Below are positions 52,576-63,548 of a stretch of DNA of 64,000 nucleotides, one piece after another. A model generated the notes under the pieces. That model searched no databases, had not been told where the DNA came from, and was given only the letters and a program-made list of their open reading frames with translations. The first letter of the stretch is position 1. Every line of letters starts with the position of its first letter. The translations under genes and the position numbers were made by a program. Origin of the DNA: a virus; the IMG/VR virus record IMGVR_UViG_3300045996_001613, positions 19,578-83,577 of that record; one strand, given 5' to 3'.

Positions 52576-55500
52576 TTACCTACCGGCCCTATCGTGACTC
52601 TTCATTGTCCTCACTACAATAGCCGCGACCTGCTCGGGCGTTATGCCTCCCGGCGGTGCGCTTCCCCTGAATTCAATTATTATATGCTCTGGTTCGCTCT
52701 TTGTCTTCTTTGTGGCAACATTTTCTGTGGGCGCAGGGGTGGTGGACGCGGGTGGGGCGTTCATCGTATGCATCCCGGTAGATACGGTGGTGCCGATTCC
52801 CGGTGTCTCTGGGTTGCGTGTCGCACGCGCCTCTTCCGCGATGGCGCGACGGAGGTCTAGTTCCTCGCGCATATACGACATCTTGTTCTCGATGGCCGCG
52901 ATCTCTGCCTGATGCGCTGTAATAGCCTGTACCGCCGCGTCCTGTGCCGCATCCTTACCGGCCTCCATGACGTTCACCGTGGCGTCTACAACCTCTCCTA
53001 TAGTGTTCTCAATGCCAATCGCCATGCCAGCGCCGGTCTCTTCTCCGATCTCCTTGAATGCGCCCGACGGAGAGCTTACGGCAAGCTCCCTTCTAGCTGA
53101 CATGTATGCCTCCCACGCCATCTTAGCTGCGGCGGACGCAGCCTCTACCGCGGACTCGGAAATCCCCGCGGCAAGACCTTGACCCGACTGCAGACCCAAG
53201 TAATACTGCTGCCTTGTGAGGTCGGCATTGCGCATGGCTATTCGCGCCGCTTCCGCAAGCCGACGCACTTGCGCCTCCGCCTCTGCCCGACCGTCGGCAA
53301 CGCCCACGGCAAAGCTAGTGCCAGCCTCTATTCCGGCACGGCGCATTTCATATGATGCTATGAGTCGCGCACGATCTGCCATCATCTGTGTAGCGCGTGC
53401 CGCCTCGTACGCCTTGGTATTTACACCTTGAGCCAGACCCAGCGCGACCTGTTGGCCCATTGCGTCCATGACCTGCGAGGGGGAGGAGATCTGGAATCGT
53501 GCGCGAGCCGCGTTAATTGCCGATTCCGCGAGTTTCTGGAATACGTCTATGATCTGCTGTGACCTAGAAATCACGCCTCTCGCGAGTCCGGCCATTGCCT
53601 CCTGCCCCGCGGATTCCATACCCTGCATGCGCATCCGGACCATCCCGGATACGTCTCCGATCTTGACCGCGGCATCCTGCACCTGACTCGCGGCACCCGC
53701 CATCCCCTTAGCGAGTCCGTACATTGCCATGCGGCCCTCGCCCTCCATGCGGTGCAAGTGGTGCTGCACGGCCCTTGTGATGTCCGCGACCTTGCCCGCG
53801 GTCTGCTGGACGACTCCACCCTCGCGGTCCATGCCTCCCGCGATGTCTCCCGGCACACGCCCACCAACTTCGTTTAGGCGCTGGTTAGCAACCGAGGCTT
53901 CCGCGGAAGACCGTACCCCCTCGGCCAGCGCCCCTGACGCATCGTTTACGGCACGCTGATTGTCGTATATACCCTGAGCCATACCCGCGGCGGTCTCTCC
54001 ACCGATGCCCGCGAACACTGTAGACGGCGACTGCACGCCGAGGAGTTTCTTCGCGTAGTCTATTGCACCTGTCATGTTGTTCTTGAGGGAGTCGTAGAAT
54101 CCCTTGATCTTGTCCGCGAATCCCTTCTGCAGACCGTAGACAATCATCTGTCCGATTCCCTCAAAGGTGATCCGGAACGCCTCCCCGAGAGTGTTGGCGT
54201 TGGTGATCTGATTTATGTAATCATTGACCTTCTTCCATCCGTCTTGCAGCCATCTCAACGGCGGGAAGTTATTGGTGGCCCACTCCCAAAAGCGGTGTGC
54301 CATGATCTCAAAGGCACGGCGCAGCCACCCGGCCTTGTCGTCGGAGTTCCAGAAATCCTGCATTATGGACCACATATGGGTTGCCCACTTGACACCCGGA
54401 ACGTGCTCGTATATCCACTGCGCCACCGCGGACACCATGCGCTCAAACCCACGACGCAGCCATGCGCCCTTCTCGTCGGACTGCCAGAACTCCTTCATCT
54501 TGTTCCACTGGTTTACGCCCCACGTATATCCGGGAAGGTGATTGTGCAGGAAGTCCGATACGCGGTCCCGGATTCTCTCAAACCCACGAAGGAGCCAAGC
54601 GCCCTTCTCGTCCGACTGCCAGAAATTGACCATTTTCTGCCACTGGTTGAGTCCCCACTGGTATCCGGGTAGGTGGTTTACAAGGAATGCGTGCACTCGG
54701 TCGCGAATACGCTCAAACCCGCGAAGGAGCCAAGCGCCCTTCTCGTCGGATTGCCAGAAGTTGACCATCTTGTTCCATTGGTTCAGACCCCACTGATAAC
54801 CGGGAAGGTGGTTTGTGAGGAACGCGTGCACCCGGTCGCGAATACGCTCGAATGCACGCGTGAGCCATGTTAGCTTCTCTTCAGATTGCCAGAAATTGAC
54901 CATCTTATTCCACTGGTTCAATCCCCACTGGAATCCGGGCACATTATTGACAATCCACTGCACGACTCGCGTCCGGATGCTCTCAAACGCCCTCAGGAGC
55001 CATCCTAGCTTGTCGTCCGAGTTCCAGAAGGGAGCCATCTTCTGCCACTGGTTCTGCGCCCACTGGAATCCGGGCACGTTATTAACGATCCACGTTACTA
55101 CTCGGGTCTTGATGCCTTCAAAGGCTCGCAGGAGCCATCCCATCTTGTCGTCCGAGTTCCAGAATGGGGCCATCTTCTGCCACTGATTTATAGCCCACTG
55201 TGCACCCGGAACGTTGTTCACAATGAACTGTGCAACTCGTCCCACGATCCCGGTGAACGCACGCCACAGCCAGCCCTGCTTCTCGTCTCCGGTCCAGAAG
55301 TTGACCATCTTTTGCCACTGGTTCCACGCCCACTGTGCACCCGGTACGTTGTTTACGATAAACTGACCGACTCGACTTGCGATAGCAGAGAACGCGGTAA
55401 ACAGCCATCCCAACTTGTCTTCTGACTTCCAGAAATTCGCCATAAGGGACCACATATGCGCAGCCCACTTTGCGCCCGGTACGTTTTGGTAGATCCACTG

Positions 55501-58500
55501 TGCCACGCGAGACGCGATTGCAACAAATGCGGTAAATAGCCAGTTTAGCTTGTCCTCGGACTTCCAGAAGTTCGCCATAAGGGACCACATATGTGTAGCC
55601 CACTTAACGCCCGGAACATTCTGATAGATCCACTGACCGACTCGGCTCGCAATTGCCACGAACGCGGTGAATAGCCAGTTGAGTTTGTCTTCTGACTTCC
55701 AGAAATTCGCCATAATAGACCACATGTGCGTGGCCCACTTGACACCCGGTACGTTCTGATAGATCCACTCGCCCACACGGGCCGCGATAGCCACAAACGC
55801 GGTGAACAGCCAGTTGAGCTTATCTTCTGATCTCCAGAAGTTCATCATCAGGGACCACATGTGATGCGCCCACTTTGCGCCCGGAACATTCTGGTAGATC
55901 CACTCGCCTACGCGAGCCGCGATTGCAGAGAAAGCCGTAAATAGCCATCCCAGCTTATCCTCGGATTTCCAGAAATTAGACATCAGGGACCACATGTAGT
56001 AGGCCCACTTCGCACCGGGCACATTTTGCACAATGAACTGTGCGACACGAGACGCAATGGCGTTGAACCCATTCCACAGCCATCCGAGCTTGTCGTCAGA
56101 TTGCCAGAAGGCTTGCATGTGCTGCCACTGTCTCTGCGCCCACTCGTAACCCGGCAGTCTGGACAATACGCCTTGCGCCCGATTAAGCATCCCCTGGAAT
56201 GCGCCCCACAACCATCCGAGCTTATCTTCAGACTTCCAGAAATTGACCACGGCACCCCATATATTCTGCGCCCACGTTAATAGGGGGTTGACCGTGAGGA
56301 AGAGTATCCCCTGTATGAAGCCCCGTATGATGTCCTTGCCCACCTCCATCGCCTTAGTCGAGGGCGACGATATCCCCAGCCACTTGAGGAGTGCGTTCCA
56401 CGCATTGCCGATCCACTCGATAAACGGTCCGATGAGTGGCATGGCCTCCAGTGCCGCGATTACGCCCGCGAGTAGAGCCGAGACCGCGGATCGCGCCACG
56501 CTCTTCCCGGACTCTCGGTCCTGCTCATAAGTGGCCGTCAGCTTGTCCCAAAACGCCTTGACAATGCCCCCGAGGTCGATGGCACTCCATATTCCCCGCA
56601 GCGCAGCCCACACGATATTTACGAGTACATTGCGATCCTTGTCCCATCCGGCTTTCCATCCCTCGATGAACTTGGAGAAGAACTTCCCGATACCCTCGGA
56701 GATTGCGCCACCAGACACGAGATCCGCGACCAGTAGTATCCAACCCGCAGGTCCCGAGAGGAATCCAAGAGCTTTTCCGATCAAGCTCGGACCGAGTTTG
56801 GCCCCAATTCCCGCGAATACTCCGGGTAGCTTGGAGAGGATATTGCTGACCGCGGGTCCTATTCCCGGCAGCTTGGTGCTGACAAACTTGAGCACGTCGT
56901 CCCACAGGGATGCGATCTTCGGTCCGATATTCTCTATGCCGGGTATCAGCTTCTTTAATACGTTCCAGAAAGTTGTAATAGGACCGGCGCTGAAGATGTT
57001 TGCCAGCTTGGACATTCCCGGTATATTCGCGATGATCTTGCCAAACCATCCGACGAGGTCCCCTAGCAGCGTGCCCAGCTTGGGCAGTATCTTGTCCTTA
57101 AGCAGGTTCCATCCGGCTTCTAGTACACGGTGTCCGCCGACTAGACGCCATACAGCAGCCGCGAGTTTTACGAAGTTTGTTACGATAGCGGTGATAATCC
57201 CGCCACCCATGGCCTTGAACAGGACTACCGCGGCAGCACCTTGCACCACAAACTCACGTATAGGCTTCGGCAGACTGTTGAAGGCTCCTAGTATGTCTGC
57301 GAGGAATCCGAAGAAGCTCGCGAACAGCTTCTCGTTGCCGAAGATCAGGTTGACGATCTTGAACAGTTCGTCCCGGAACCGCTGCACGCCATCGCTTTGA
57401 GACAGCTTGTATAGGAAATCTAGCACCTTGAGTCCGAAGGTCACGATATCGCCAAGTAGTGATGCACCTTCTTCGATTAGCGTATTTATCTCCTCTTGGC
57501 CCTTTGCGGACTCTAGGAAGTCGGCCCAATTGCCGGTAGCACCCACCAGAGCGTCGAGCCACTTCTGGAACATCGGTATTGCGGGCTCGATCACCGCGAG
57601 AAGGATGCGGCCCATGTTGATCGCGATGTCTATAGCCGAACTCACCGCTTCGGGCATGGCTTCAAAGATATTTCTGAGCTTCTCTAGGCGTTCTGTCTCC
57701 GAGAAGGTATCCTTGACCCTGTTCCACCCATCGGAGACCTCCAGAGCCACCTGATACGCGATTCTGCCGAGAAATGGCAGTGTCTCTTCAGCCAACTTGA
57801 GAATATCTACCGCCATGTAGTTCAACACGTCCTGTGCTGGCTTGAATTCTTTCTCAAACTCTTCCGCGAAGCCCTTCCATGCATTCTTCAATGCACGCTG
57901 GCTATCTGTGAGCTTGGTGTTCGTATCGTCCGCGGCCTTGCGCACCTCTTCCTGTGCCTCGCGCAGAGCCTCGGTCGCTCGGGCCAGATCTCGCTGCGCG
58001 TTGGCTATATTGGTCTGTGCGTCGGCTTGCGTATTCAGGAGATTTCTAAGCGAGTCTACGGCTCGCTGCTGCGCGTCCGCCACAGCCTTGTTGCCTTCTA
58101 TGCGAGCGTCGCGTACCCGTTGCTCCGCGTCCTTGATGTTTTCCAGACCGTCCTCAAGAGCCCACATGCGATTACGCTCCGCGGTTTTCAGGTTCTCCAG
58201 ATCGCGGATCATCTGCTCACGAGCCCCCTTGATGAGCTTTTGCCCCTCGACCCACGCGTCACCGACACCCTTGACGGCGTTCTTTACCTCCTCAATGTCC
58301 GTCTTTATACGTTCCTTGCCGTCATGTACAGTGTCGCGGTAGGTGTCGAAGGACTCCTTGGCACGGGCCTGTGCATCCCTGACGTTGTTATTCCCTGTGG
58401 CTACGACCTCCTGCCAACGCTGGAACGCCTCCGCGGAGTTTTCCACCGCCGCCGCGACCGCTTCTTCCCCATCTTGCACCGTCTGCTTCCAAGTGTCGTA

Positions 58501-61500
58501 TACCTCCTTGGACCGAGTGATGGCATCTCTAACCTTCTGCTCAGTCTCGGTTACTACGTTGCGGTATTGCCAGTAGGCTTCTTTGGACTTGTTTACCGCC
58601 TCGCGCACCGCCTGCTCACCCTCAACTACGGTGTTGCGATAGTTCCAAAACGCCTGACGGGATTGCCAGTAGGCTTCCTTTATAGCCTCCTCGCCGTCCT
58701 TGACGGTTTGCCTCCAGTTCCAGAAACTTTCGCGTGCTCGTGCCTGCGCGTCCGCGATCTGCTGCTGACCAGAGGCTACCGTGCGCTGCCACCCCACATA
58801 GGCTTCCGCGGCTCGGGTCTGCGCTTCTGCTACACGCTCGGCTCCGTCCACTATGGTTTGCTGTAGTCGCTGGTTGGCGTCATTCAGCCGGTCTTGCGCC
58901 TCCGCGATGCGCTCTTGTCCCGAGGCTACGGTCTCTTGCCACCTCGCGTAGGTTTCGCGGGCACGGCCCTGCGCGTCGTTGATACGCTCTTGACCATTCG
59001 CGACCGTCTCCTGCCACCGTGCATGCGCTTCCGCGGCGCGTTCTATAACGTCATTCAGTCGCTCTTGGCCGCTGGCTACTGTGTCCTGCCATTGCTTGTA
59101 TGCCTCCGCGGAACGCTTCTGCGCTTCCGCAATGCGTTCCTGTCCACTTGTGACTGTTTCTTGCCATTGTGCATACGCCTCCGCGGTACGCTTCTGCGCG
59201 TCCGCTATACGCTCTTGACCATTCGCGACCGTCTCTTGCCATCTGGCATGTGCGTCCGCAGAGCGTTGCACCGCGTCGTTTACACGCTCTATCCCCGCGT
59301 TTACGGTCTCTTGCCAACGTTCGTAAGACTCAGCCGAACGCTTGTTAGCCTCGGCAATGCGCTCCTGTCCCTCGACCAAGGTTTCGCGGTACTTCTCGTA
59401 GCTCTCGCGGGCGCGTATCTGTAATTCGTTAATGCGCTCCCATCCCTCTTGCGTGACGCGTTGCAAGTTAGTCTGAGCCTGCACTACACGTCGAGCCGCC
59501 TCCACGATGCGCTCATTACCCTCAACCACCGACTCCTGCCAGTTTTCATACGCGTCCGCGGCCCTCTCGTTGGCCTCCGCCACCTTCTCGGCACCCTCTA
59601 GCTGTACTTCCGCGACTTTCGCGGTGGCTTCTGCTAGACGCTTCTGCGCGTCAGTAATTATCTTCGCGGCTTCAACCTGCGCCTTACCTATAGCCTCCTG
59701 AGCCGCGGCACTCTCTATGCGGGCCTGCTGTAGGGCTTTCTCTGCCTCGAATACCGAGCGCACCGCGGCCTGTTGGCGATAGTAGGCTTCCTCAACGGCA
59801 CTACGGGCACGCTGCAACTGGTCCGTGCCACCCTCTCGCGCCTGTTGCAACTCGCCCTCGGCCTCGGCAATATCTATGGCATTCTGTTTTTGTGAGAGTT
59901 GTAGTTTTGCGAGATCCTGCTGCGCGTCGATTATCCCCTGATAGTCCCCCACCGCAGTAGCCTCTGCCAACTGCTGCTGGGCCGCGGCCAAGTCGTACGC
60001 GGTGCCTATCTGATCCTGACGCGCCTTGTCTACATTTAATTCAAGCTGTGCCATCCGGATAGGCTCACCCGACATGACCTGATTGAGTTCTAGCTGTGCA
60101 TCCTTGAACGCTTCGGTGGTGTCGGTCAGATCCCGACGCGCCTCTATTAGCGCATACTCTCGTTCTGTAACATCTGCCGCGGCTTCCGCGGCCTTCTCAT
60201 GGGCGCTCGCGATAACATCTGCGGCACGCTCGTACGCCTCTTCCAGATCGGTTTGAGCCTCGGCCTGATCCTCAATCGCGTCAATGATATCCTCGCGTAC
60301 GTCCTGCTCCACCTTCGCGATCTTTTGCACCGCGTCTTGGTAGTCTTCGTAGTTATCCTCGATGTCCTCGTGCACATCGGCAACCGTTTTGGCAAGGTCC
60401 TTCTCTGCCTCTCGTATATCCATGATGGCTTCCGCGATATTTTCCGCGAGGTCCTGCTGTGCCTTCGCAATGTCGGCCAGGTTGTCTTGATAGGATTCCC
60501 ACGCGTCCTCCGCGGCCTTAGCCGCGTCGATCTCCGCGTCTTTGACATCCTCTATGGTCTCTATGTAGTCTTCCCATGCTTCCGCGTTATTTTCCGCGGC
60601 GTCCTGTTGGGCTTCGGAAATCTCTCCGATGGTCTCTACATAGTCAGCCCACGCTTCCCTGACGTCCTTTGCGACCTCTTCCTCGGTCTCGCGCAGTTCA
60701 TCTAGGGTCTCCATGTAGTCGACCCACGCTTCGGTGTTAGCCTTCGCCGCCTCTGCTTCCGCCTTGCGAAGGTCGTCAATGGTCTCTATATAGTCGACCC
60801 ACGCTTCCGCGTTGGCCTCCGCTATCTCTATCTCGGTATCGCGTACGTCTTCAACCGCGTCTTGGTAATCTTTCCATGCTTCCGCGTTGTCCTTCGCGAC
60901 CTCAGTCTCAACTTTGCCCACTTCCTGAACCGCGGATATGTAGTCGCCCCACGCCTCCGTGTTGTCCTTCTGTGCCTCTTCTTGGGCGTCCAGCAGATCT
61001 GCGATGGCCTCCTCGCGATCTTCCCACGCCTCCGCGGTGGCTTGCGCCGCGTCGATTTCTGCTTCCCGTACACCATCTACCGCTTCAAGGTAATCGCCCC
61101 ATGCGTCAGCGTTCGACTGCGCTACGTCAGCCTCGACCTGCTTCAGATCTGCCAGAGAGTCCTGATAGTCTTTCCATGCATCTTTATTCGCACGCGCTAC
61201 ATCCTGCTCGACCTCTTTCAGGTTTTTAAGACTCTTCTCGTAGTCTTGCCATGCATCTTTGTTAGCAGCCGCGGCCTCCTGCTCAGTCCTCTGCACGTCA
61301 CGGACGCTTTCTTCGTAATCCTGCCACGCCTCTTTCTGCTGTTTGGCCGCGTCGATCCTCGCGTCCTTGATGTCCGCAACAGAGTCTTGGTAGTCCTTCC
61401 ACGCGCCAGCCGAGGCTTCCGCTGCCTCCTTTTCCGCTTCCCCTATGGCTTCACGAGAGTCAATGAAGTCGGACCATGCATCAGCCGCGTCCTTTGCCGC

Positions 61501-63147
61501 TTGTGCCTCTGCTTCCTTTACGTCTTGCAGGGATTCCTGCCAATCCTTGAAGGCGTCCGCGTTAGCCTCCGCAACGTCTTGGCGGGTCTCCTTGAGTTGA
61601 GACATCGCATCAGCTACCTCGGCCCATGCCTCTTTTACGCCCTGCGCCGCTTCGCGCTCCGCTTCCGCGACCCCCTCAACTGAGTCTTGGTAGGTTTGAC
61701 GGGCTTGCTGCACCGCTTCGTTCTGTTCAATGACGGTACGGGCATAGTCCTGCTCGGCTTGTTTGCGCTGCTCTATCGCCTCCTGTATATTCTTGGTGCG
61801 CTCGCGCTCGGCTTCGTCTATACCTTGAAGGCTGTCTTGATATTCTCTCTGTGCTTGCGCTACGGCTTCCGCGGAATCCTTACGCACCTGCGTGAGGTTC
61901 CGCTGTGCGTCTGCTACGCCCTGAGCCGCCTGCTCCTCTGCCTCTAGTGCTGCAGACAGTTGCTCACTCGCGGCCTTGTGCTCTCCAATCGCCTTTATAG
62001 ACGGGGCGAACGCGGCTACCACGAGGGCCGCGGCCCCACCCAGCACGGTCAGTCCCGCGGCGAGCGTCGCGACAATGCCAATGAGGGGCGCGAATGCGGA
62101 GAGTGCGAGAACGATGCCGATGCGGGTCAGGGTCATAAGCACGGCACTGGTGGTCCGCGATGAAGCGGTCAGCCCGCCAAGTATGGAGGTAAGACTACCG
62201 ACCGCGACACGCATTGCGGCAAATCCCGCGAGGGCTTTGCCGGAGTCAATATCCGCCTTGATACGGATGGTCTCGCCGTTAAGGTCGCGTACCCCCGCCT
62301 CGATCTCGCGGATCGCCTGCATGACCTCCTCGTCGCCCTCCGCGGTCATTTTCATTCGCGCCGTCTTGAGAGCGATGGAGTCCATCAGCTTGCGAATAGT
62401 GTTGATTTCCCTGCGAGCCTCGGAGCCATCCCCGGTAATCTTGATCTGTCCCACCTGCGACGAGAGTGATGCTAGGTTCGCCTTGAGTGACTGTAGCTCT
62501 TGGGTTACACGATCAGAGTTCAAGGTGGCCTTGATCTCAAGATCTTGGTCAATCTTGGCACCCTCGACCTCGATACGGGCCTTCGCTACCTCCCCATCAA
62601 TTTCTTCCAGAGCAGCATTAAGGGCTTCGACTCTGGCTGTGCCGTTGTCGATGCCCTCAACGTCTGCATCTATTCGTATGGTTTCTTTACGGAGGGCATT
62701 GCGGGTACGGATTAGCTCTGCGAGCTTCGTCCGGGCCGCGTCGAGCCCCGCGGTCTCAATTGGCCCTATCTTCATCTCGCGAAGCACGGATGCCTGACGC
62801 TCAAGATCCTTCATCTTGGCCTCAGCCTGCTCGCTATGCATACGCGCACGTATGTTTACGACGCGCTCGCGATTACTCAGGATGTCTTGCAACTGTTGAC
62901 TTAGTTCGGCATAGAAGTACATTCTACGGGCCTGCGTAAGTTCGCCCGATGCTAGTTCTTTCTTGAGATCCTTGACCCTCTTCTCGCCATCGTCGAACCC
63001 CTCCATCATGAGGGTAGCGGTGGCGGTTACGTCCTCATTGCCGAGACGCTGCGCCTCTCGCCTAGTCTCCTTCAACTCGCGCTGAAGCTGGTCAAGCTGT
63101 GAACGTACGCGAACTACAAACTCTAGTTCTCTATCGCTTGGGTTCAA
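52576..63147 (-). CDS. Tape measure protein (3523 aa)
   Basis: Very long helical protein with TM segments and periodic Trp repeats; follows the tail chaperones. Confidence 0.9.
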   Translation of the reverse strand: MNPSDRELEFVVRVRSQLDQLQRELKETRREAQRLGNEDVTATATLMMEGFDDGEKRVKDLKKELASGELTQARRMYFYAELSQQLQDILSNRERVVNIRARMHSEQAEAKMKDLERQASVLREMKIGPIETAGLDAARTKLAELIRTRNALRKETIRIDADVEGIDNGTARVEALNAALEEIDGEVAKARIEVEGAKIDQDLEIKATLNSDRVTQELQSLKANLASLSSQVGQIKITGDGSEARREINTIRKLMDSIALKTARMKMTAEGDEEVMQAIREIEAGVRDLNGETIRIKADIDSGKALAGFAAMRVAVGSLTSILGGLTASSRTTSAVLMTLTRIGIVLALSAFAPLIGIVATLAAGLTVLGGAAALVVAAFAPSIKAIGEHKAASEQLSAALEAEEQAAQGVADAQRNLTQVRKDSAEAVAQAQREYQDSLQGIDEAERERTKNIQEAIEQRKQAEQDYARTVIEQNEAVQQARQTYQDSVEGVAEAEREAAQGVKEAWAEVADAMSQLKETRQDVAEANADAFKDWQESLQDVKEAEAQAAKDAADAWSDFIDSREAIGEAEKEAAEASAGAWKDYQDSVADIKDARIDAAKQQKEAWQDYEESVRDVQRTEQEAAAANKDAWQDYEKSLKNLKEVEQDVARANKDAWKDYQDSLADLKQVEADVAQSNADAWGDYLEAVDGVREAEIDAAQATAEAWEDREEAIADLLDAQEEAQKDNTEAWGDYISAVQEVGKVETEVAKDNAEAWKDYQDAVEDVRDTEIEIAEANAEAWVDYIETIDDLRKAEAEAAKANTEAWVDYMETLDELRETEEEVAKDVREAWADYVETIGEISEAQQDAAENNAEAWEDYIETIEDVKDAEIDAAKAAEDAWESYQDNLADIAKAQQDLAENIAEAIMDIREAEKDLAKTVADVHEDIEDNYEDYQDAVQKIAKVEQDVREDIIDAIEDQAEAQTDLEEAYERAADVIASAHEKAAEAAADVTEREYALIEARRDLTDTTEAFKDAQLELNQVMSGEPIRMAQLELNVDKARQDQIGTAYDLAAAQQQLAEATAVGDYQGIIDAQQDLAKLQLSQKQNAIDIAEAEGELQQAREGGTDQLQRARSAVEEAYYRQQAAVRSVFEAEKALQQARIESAAAQEAIGKAQVEAAKIITDAQKRLAEATAKVAEVQLEGAEKVAEANERAADAYENWQESVVEGNERIVEAARRVVQAQTNLQRVTQEGWERINELQIRARESYEKYRETLVEGQERIAEANKRSAESYERWQETVNAGIERVNDAVQRSADAHARWQETVANGQERIADAQKRTAEAYAQWQETVTSGQERIAEAQKRSAEAYKQWQDTVASGQERLNDVIERAAEAHARWQETVANGQERINDAQGRARETYARWQETVASGQERIAEAQDRLNDANQRLQQTIVDGAERVAEAQTRAAEAYVGWQRTVASGQQQIADAQARARESFWNWRQTVKDGEEAIKEAYWQSRQAFWNYRNTVVEGEQAVREAVNKSKEAYWQYRNVVTETEQKVRDAITRSKEVYDTWKQTVQDGEEAVAAAVENSAEAFQRWQEVVATGNNNVRDAQARAKESFDTYRDTVHDGKERIKTDIEEVKNAVKGVGDAWVEGQKLIKGAREQMIRDLENLKTAERNRMWALEDGLENIKDAEQRVRDARIEGNKAVADAQQRAVDSLRNLLNTQADAQTNIANAQRDLARATEALREAQEEVRKAADDTNTKLTDSQRALKNAWKGFAEEFEKEFKPAQDVLNYMAVDILKLAEETLPFLGRIAYQVALEVSDGWNRVKDTFSETERLEKLRNIFEAMPEAVSSAIDIAINMGRILLAVIEPAIPMFQKWLDALVGATGNWADFLESAKGQEEINTLIEEGASLLGDIVTFGLKVLDFLYKLSQSDGVQRFRDELFKIVNLIFGNEKLFASFFGFLADILGAFNSLPKPIREFVVQGAAAVVLFKAMGGGIITAIVTNFVKLAAAVWRLVGGHRVLEAGWNLLKDKILPKLGTLLGDLVGWFGKIIANIPGMSKLANIFSAGPITTFWNVLKKLIPGIENIGPKIASLWDDVLKFVSTKLPGIGPAVSNILSKLPGVFAGIGAKLGPSLIGKALGFLSGPAGWILLVADLVSGGAISEGIGKFFSKFIEGWKAGWDKDRNVLVNIVWAALRGIWSAIDLGGIVKAFWDKLTATYEQDRESGKSVARSAVSALLAGVIAALEAMPLIGPFIEWIGNAWNALLKWLGISSPSTKAMEVGKDIIRGFIQGILFLTVNPLLTWAQNIWGAVVNFWKSEDKLGWLWGAFQGMLNRAQGVLSRLPGYEWAQRQWQHMQAFWQSDDKLGWLWNGFNAIASRVAQFIVQNVPGAKWAYYMWSLMSNFWKSEDKLGWLFTAFSAIAARVGEWIYQNVPGAKWAHHMWSLMMNFWRSEDKLNWLFTAFVAIAARVGEWIYQNVPGVKWATHMWSIMANFWKSEDKLNWLFTAFVAIASRVGQWIYQNVPGVKWATHMWSLMANFWKSEDKLNWLFTAFVAIASRVAQWIYQNVPGAKWAAHMWSLMANFWKSEDKLGWLFTAFSAIASRVGQFIVNNVPGAQWAWNQWQKMVNFWTGDEKQGWLWRAFTGIVGRVAQFIVNNVPGAQWAINQWQKMAPFWNSDDKMGWLLRAFEGIKTRVVTWIVNNVPGFQWAQNQWQKMAPFWNSDDKLGWLLRAFESIRTRVVQWIVNNVPGFQWGLNQWNKMVNFWQSEEKLTWLTRAFERIRDRVHAFLTNHLPGYQWGLNQWNKMVNFWQSDEKGAWLLRGFERIRDRVHAFLVNHLPGYQWGLNQWQKMVNFWQSDEKGAWLLRGFERIRDRVSDFLHNHLPGYTWGVNQWNKMKEFWQSDEKGAWLRRGFERMVSAVAQWIYEHVPGVKWATHMWSIMQDFWNSDDKAGWLRRAFEIMAHRFWEWATNNFPPLRWLQDGWKKVNDYINQITNANTLGEAFRITFEGIGQMIVYGLQKGFADKIKGFYDSLKNNMTGAIDYAKKLLGVQSPSTVFAGIGGETAAGMAQGIYDNQRAVNDASGALAEGVRSSAEASVANQRLNEVGGRVPGDIAGGMDREGGVVQQTAGKVADITRAVQHHLHRMEGEGRMAMYGLAKGMAGAASQVQDAAVKIGDVSGMVRMRMQGMESAGQEAMAGLARGVISRSQQIIDVFQKLAESAINAARARFQISSPSQVMDAMGQQVALGLAQGVNTKAYEAARATQMMADRARLIASYEMRRAGIEAGTSFAVGVADGRAEAEAQVRRLAEAARIAMRNADLTRQQYYLGLQSGQGLAAGISESAVEAASAAAKMAWEAYMSARRELAVSSPSGAFKEIGEETGAGMAIGIENTIGEVVDATVNVMEAGKDAAQDAAVQAITAHQAEIAAIENKMSYMREELDLRRAIAEEARATRNPETPGIGTTVSTGMHTMNAPPASTTPAPTENVATKKTKSEPEHIIIEFRGSAPPGGITPEQVAAIVVRTMKSHDRAGR
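54270..56280 (-). repeat. About 15 tandem 135-bp (45-aa) Trp-rich repeats in the TMP
   Basis: FWxSxxK occurs 15 times, mostly at 135-nt spacing. Confidence 0.9.
58250..61700 (-). repeat. Two blocks of 25-aa (75-bp) coiled-coil repeats in the TMP
   Basis: NAEAWxDYxE block (~60280-61700) and AEAYARWQETVASGQERI block (~58250-59600). Confidence 0.85.
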
Positions 63148-63150
63148 CTG

Positions 63151-63548
63151 TTAGGGAACGTCCCTTCCGGATTTACCCGACTTAGACTTCTTCTTAGGTC
63201 GGGGTTGCGGTACGTGGAAGTAGTCCCACTTACCTTGCGCCCTACCCTTGCGGATAACGTCTTTGGCTTTATCGGGGTCTTGGCGCTGGAGATCCCACAA
63301 GCCATATATGCTGTGCACTATTCTAAACGAATGCCACACACGATGCGAGCCCGGAAGTGTTTTATCTGGTAATTCATGGTCACCGAAGCTCAAGTAGTTC
63401 CAGTATGCCACGAGTGCCGGTAAAGGTCTAGGGTAGCCATAGGGAGAGGGCTGGTTGAAAAAGTCTTCGCCCTCTCCCTCTTGGTCCGCGGTGCCGTCTA
63501 GTTCGATTAACCAGTTTAGTATCTGGTCACGAAGCTCCCCTAAGTAGG
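63151..63548 (-). CDS. Tail assembly chaperone, frameshifted (T) portion
   Basis: The -1 frame is open from about 63566, across the G stop, to 63151. Confidence 0.65.

Noticed and set aside
54270-56280. Non-coding repeat array
   Set aside because: The 135-bp units are in frame within the TMP and vary mainly at synonymous positions
52594-62797. Many + strand ORFs opposite the TMP
   Set aside because: Antisense shadows of a long repetitive coding sequence
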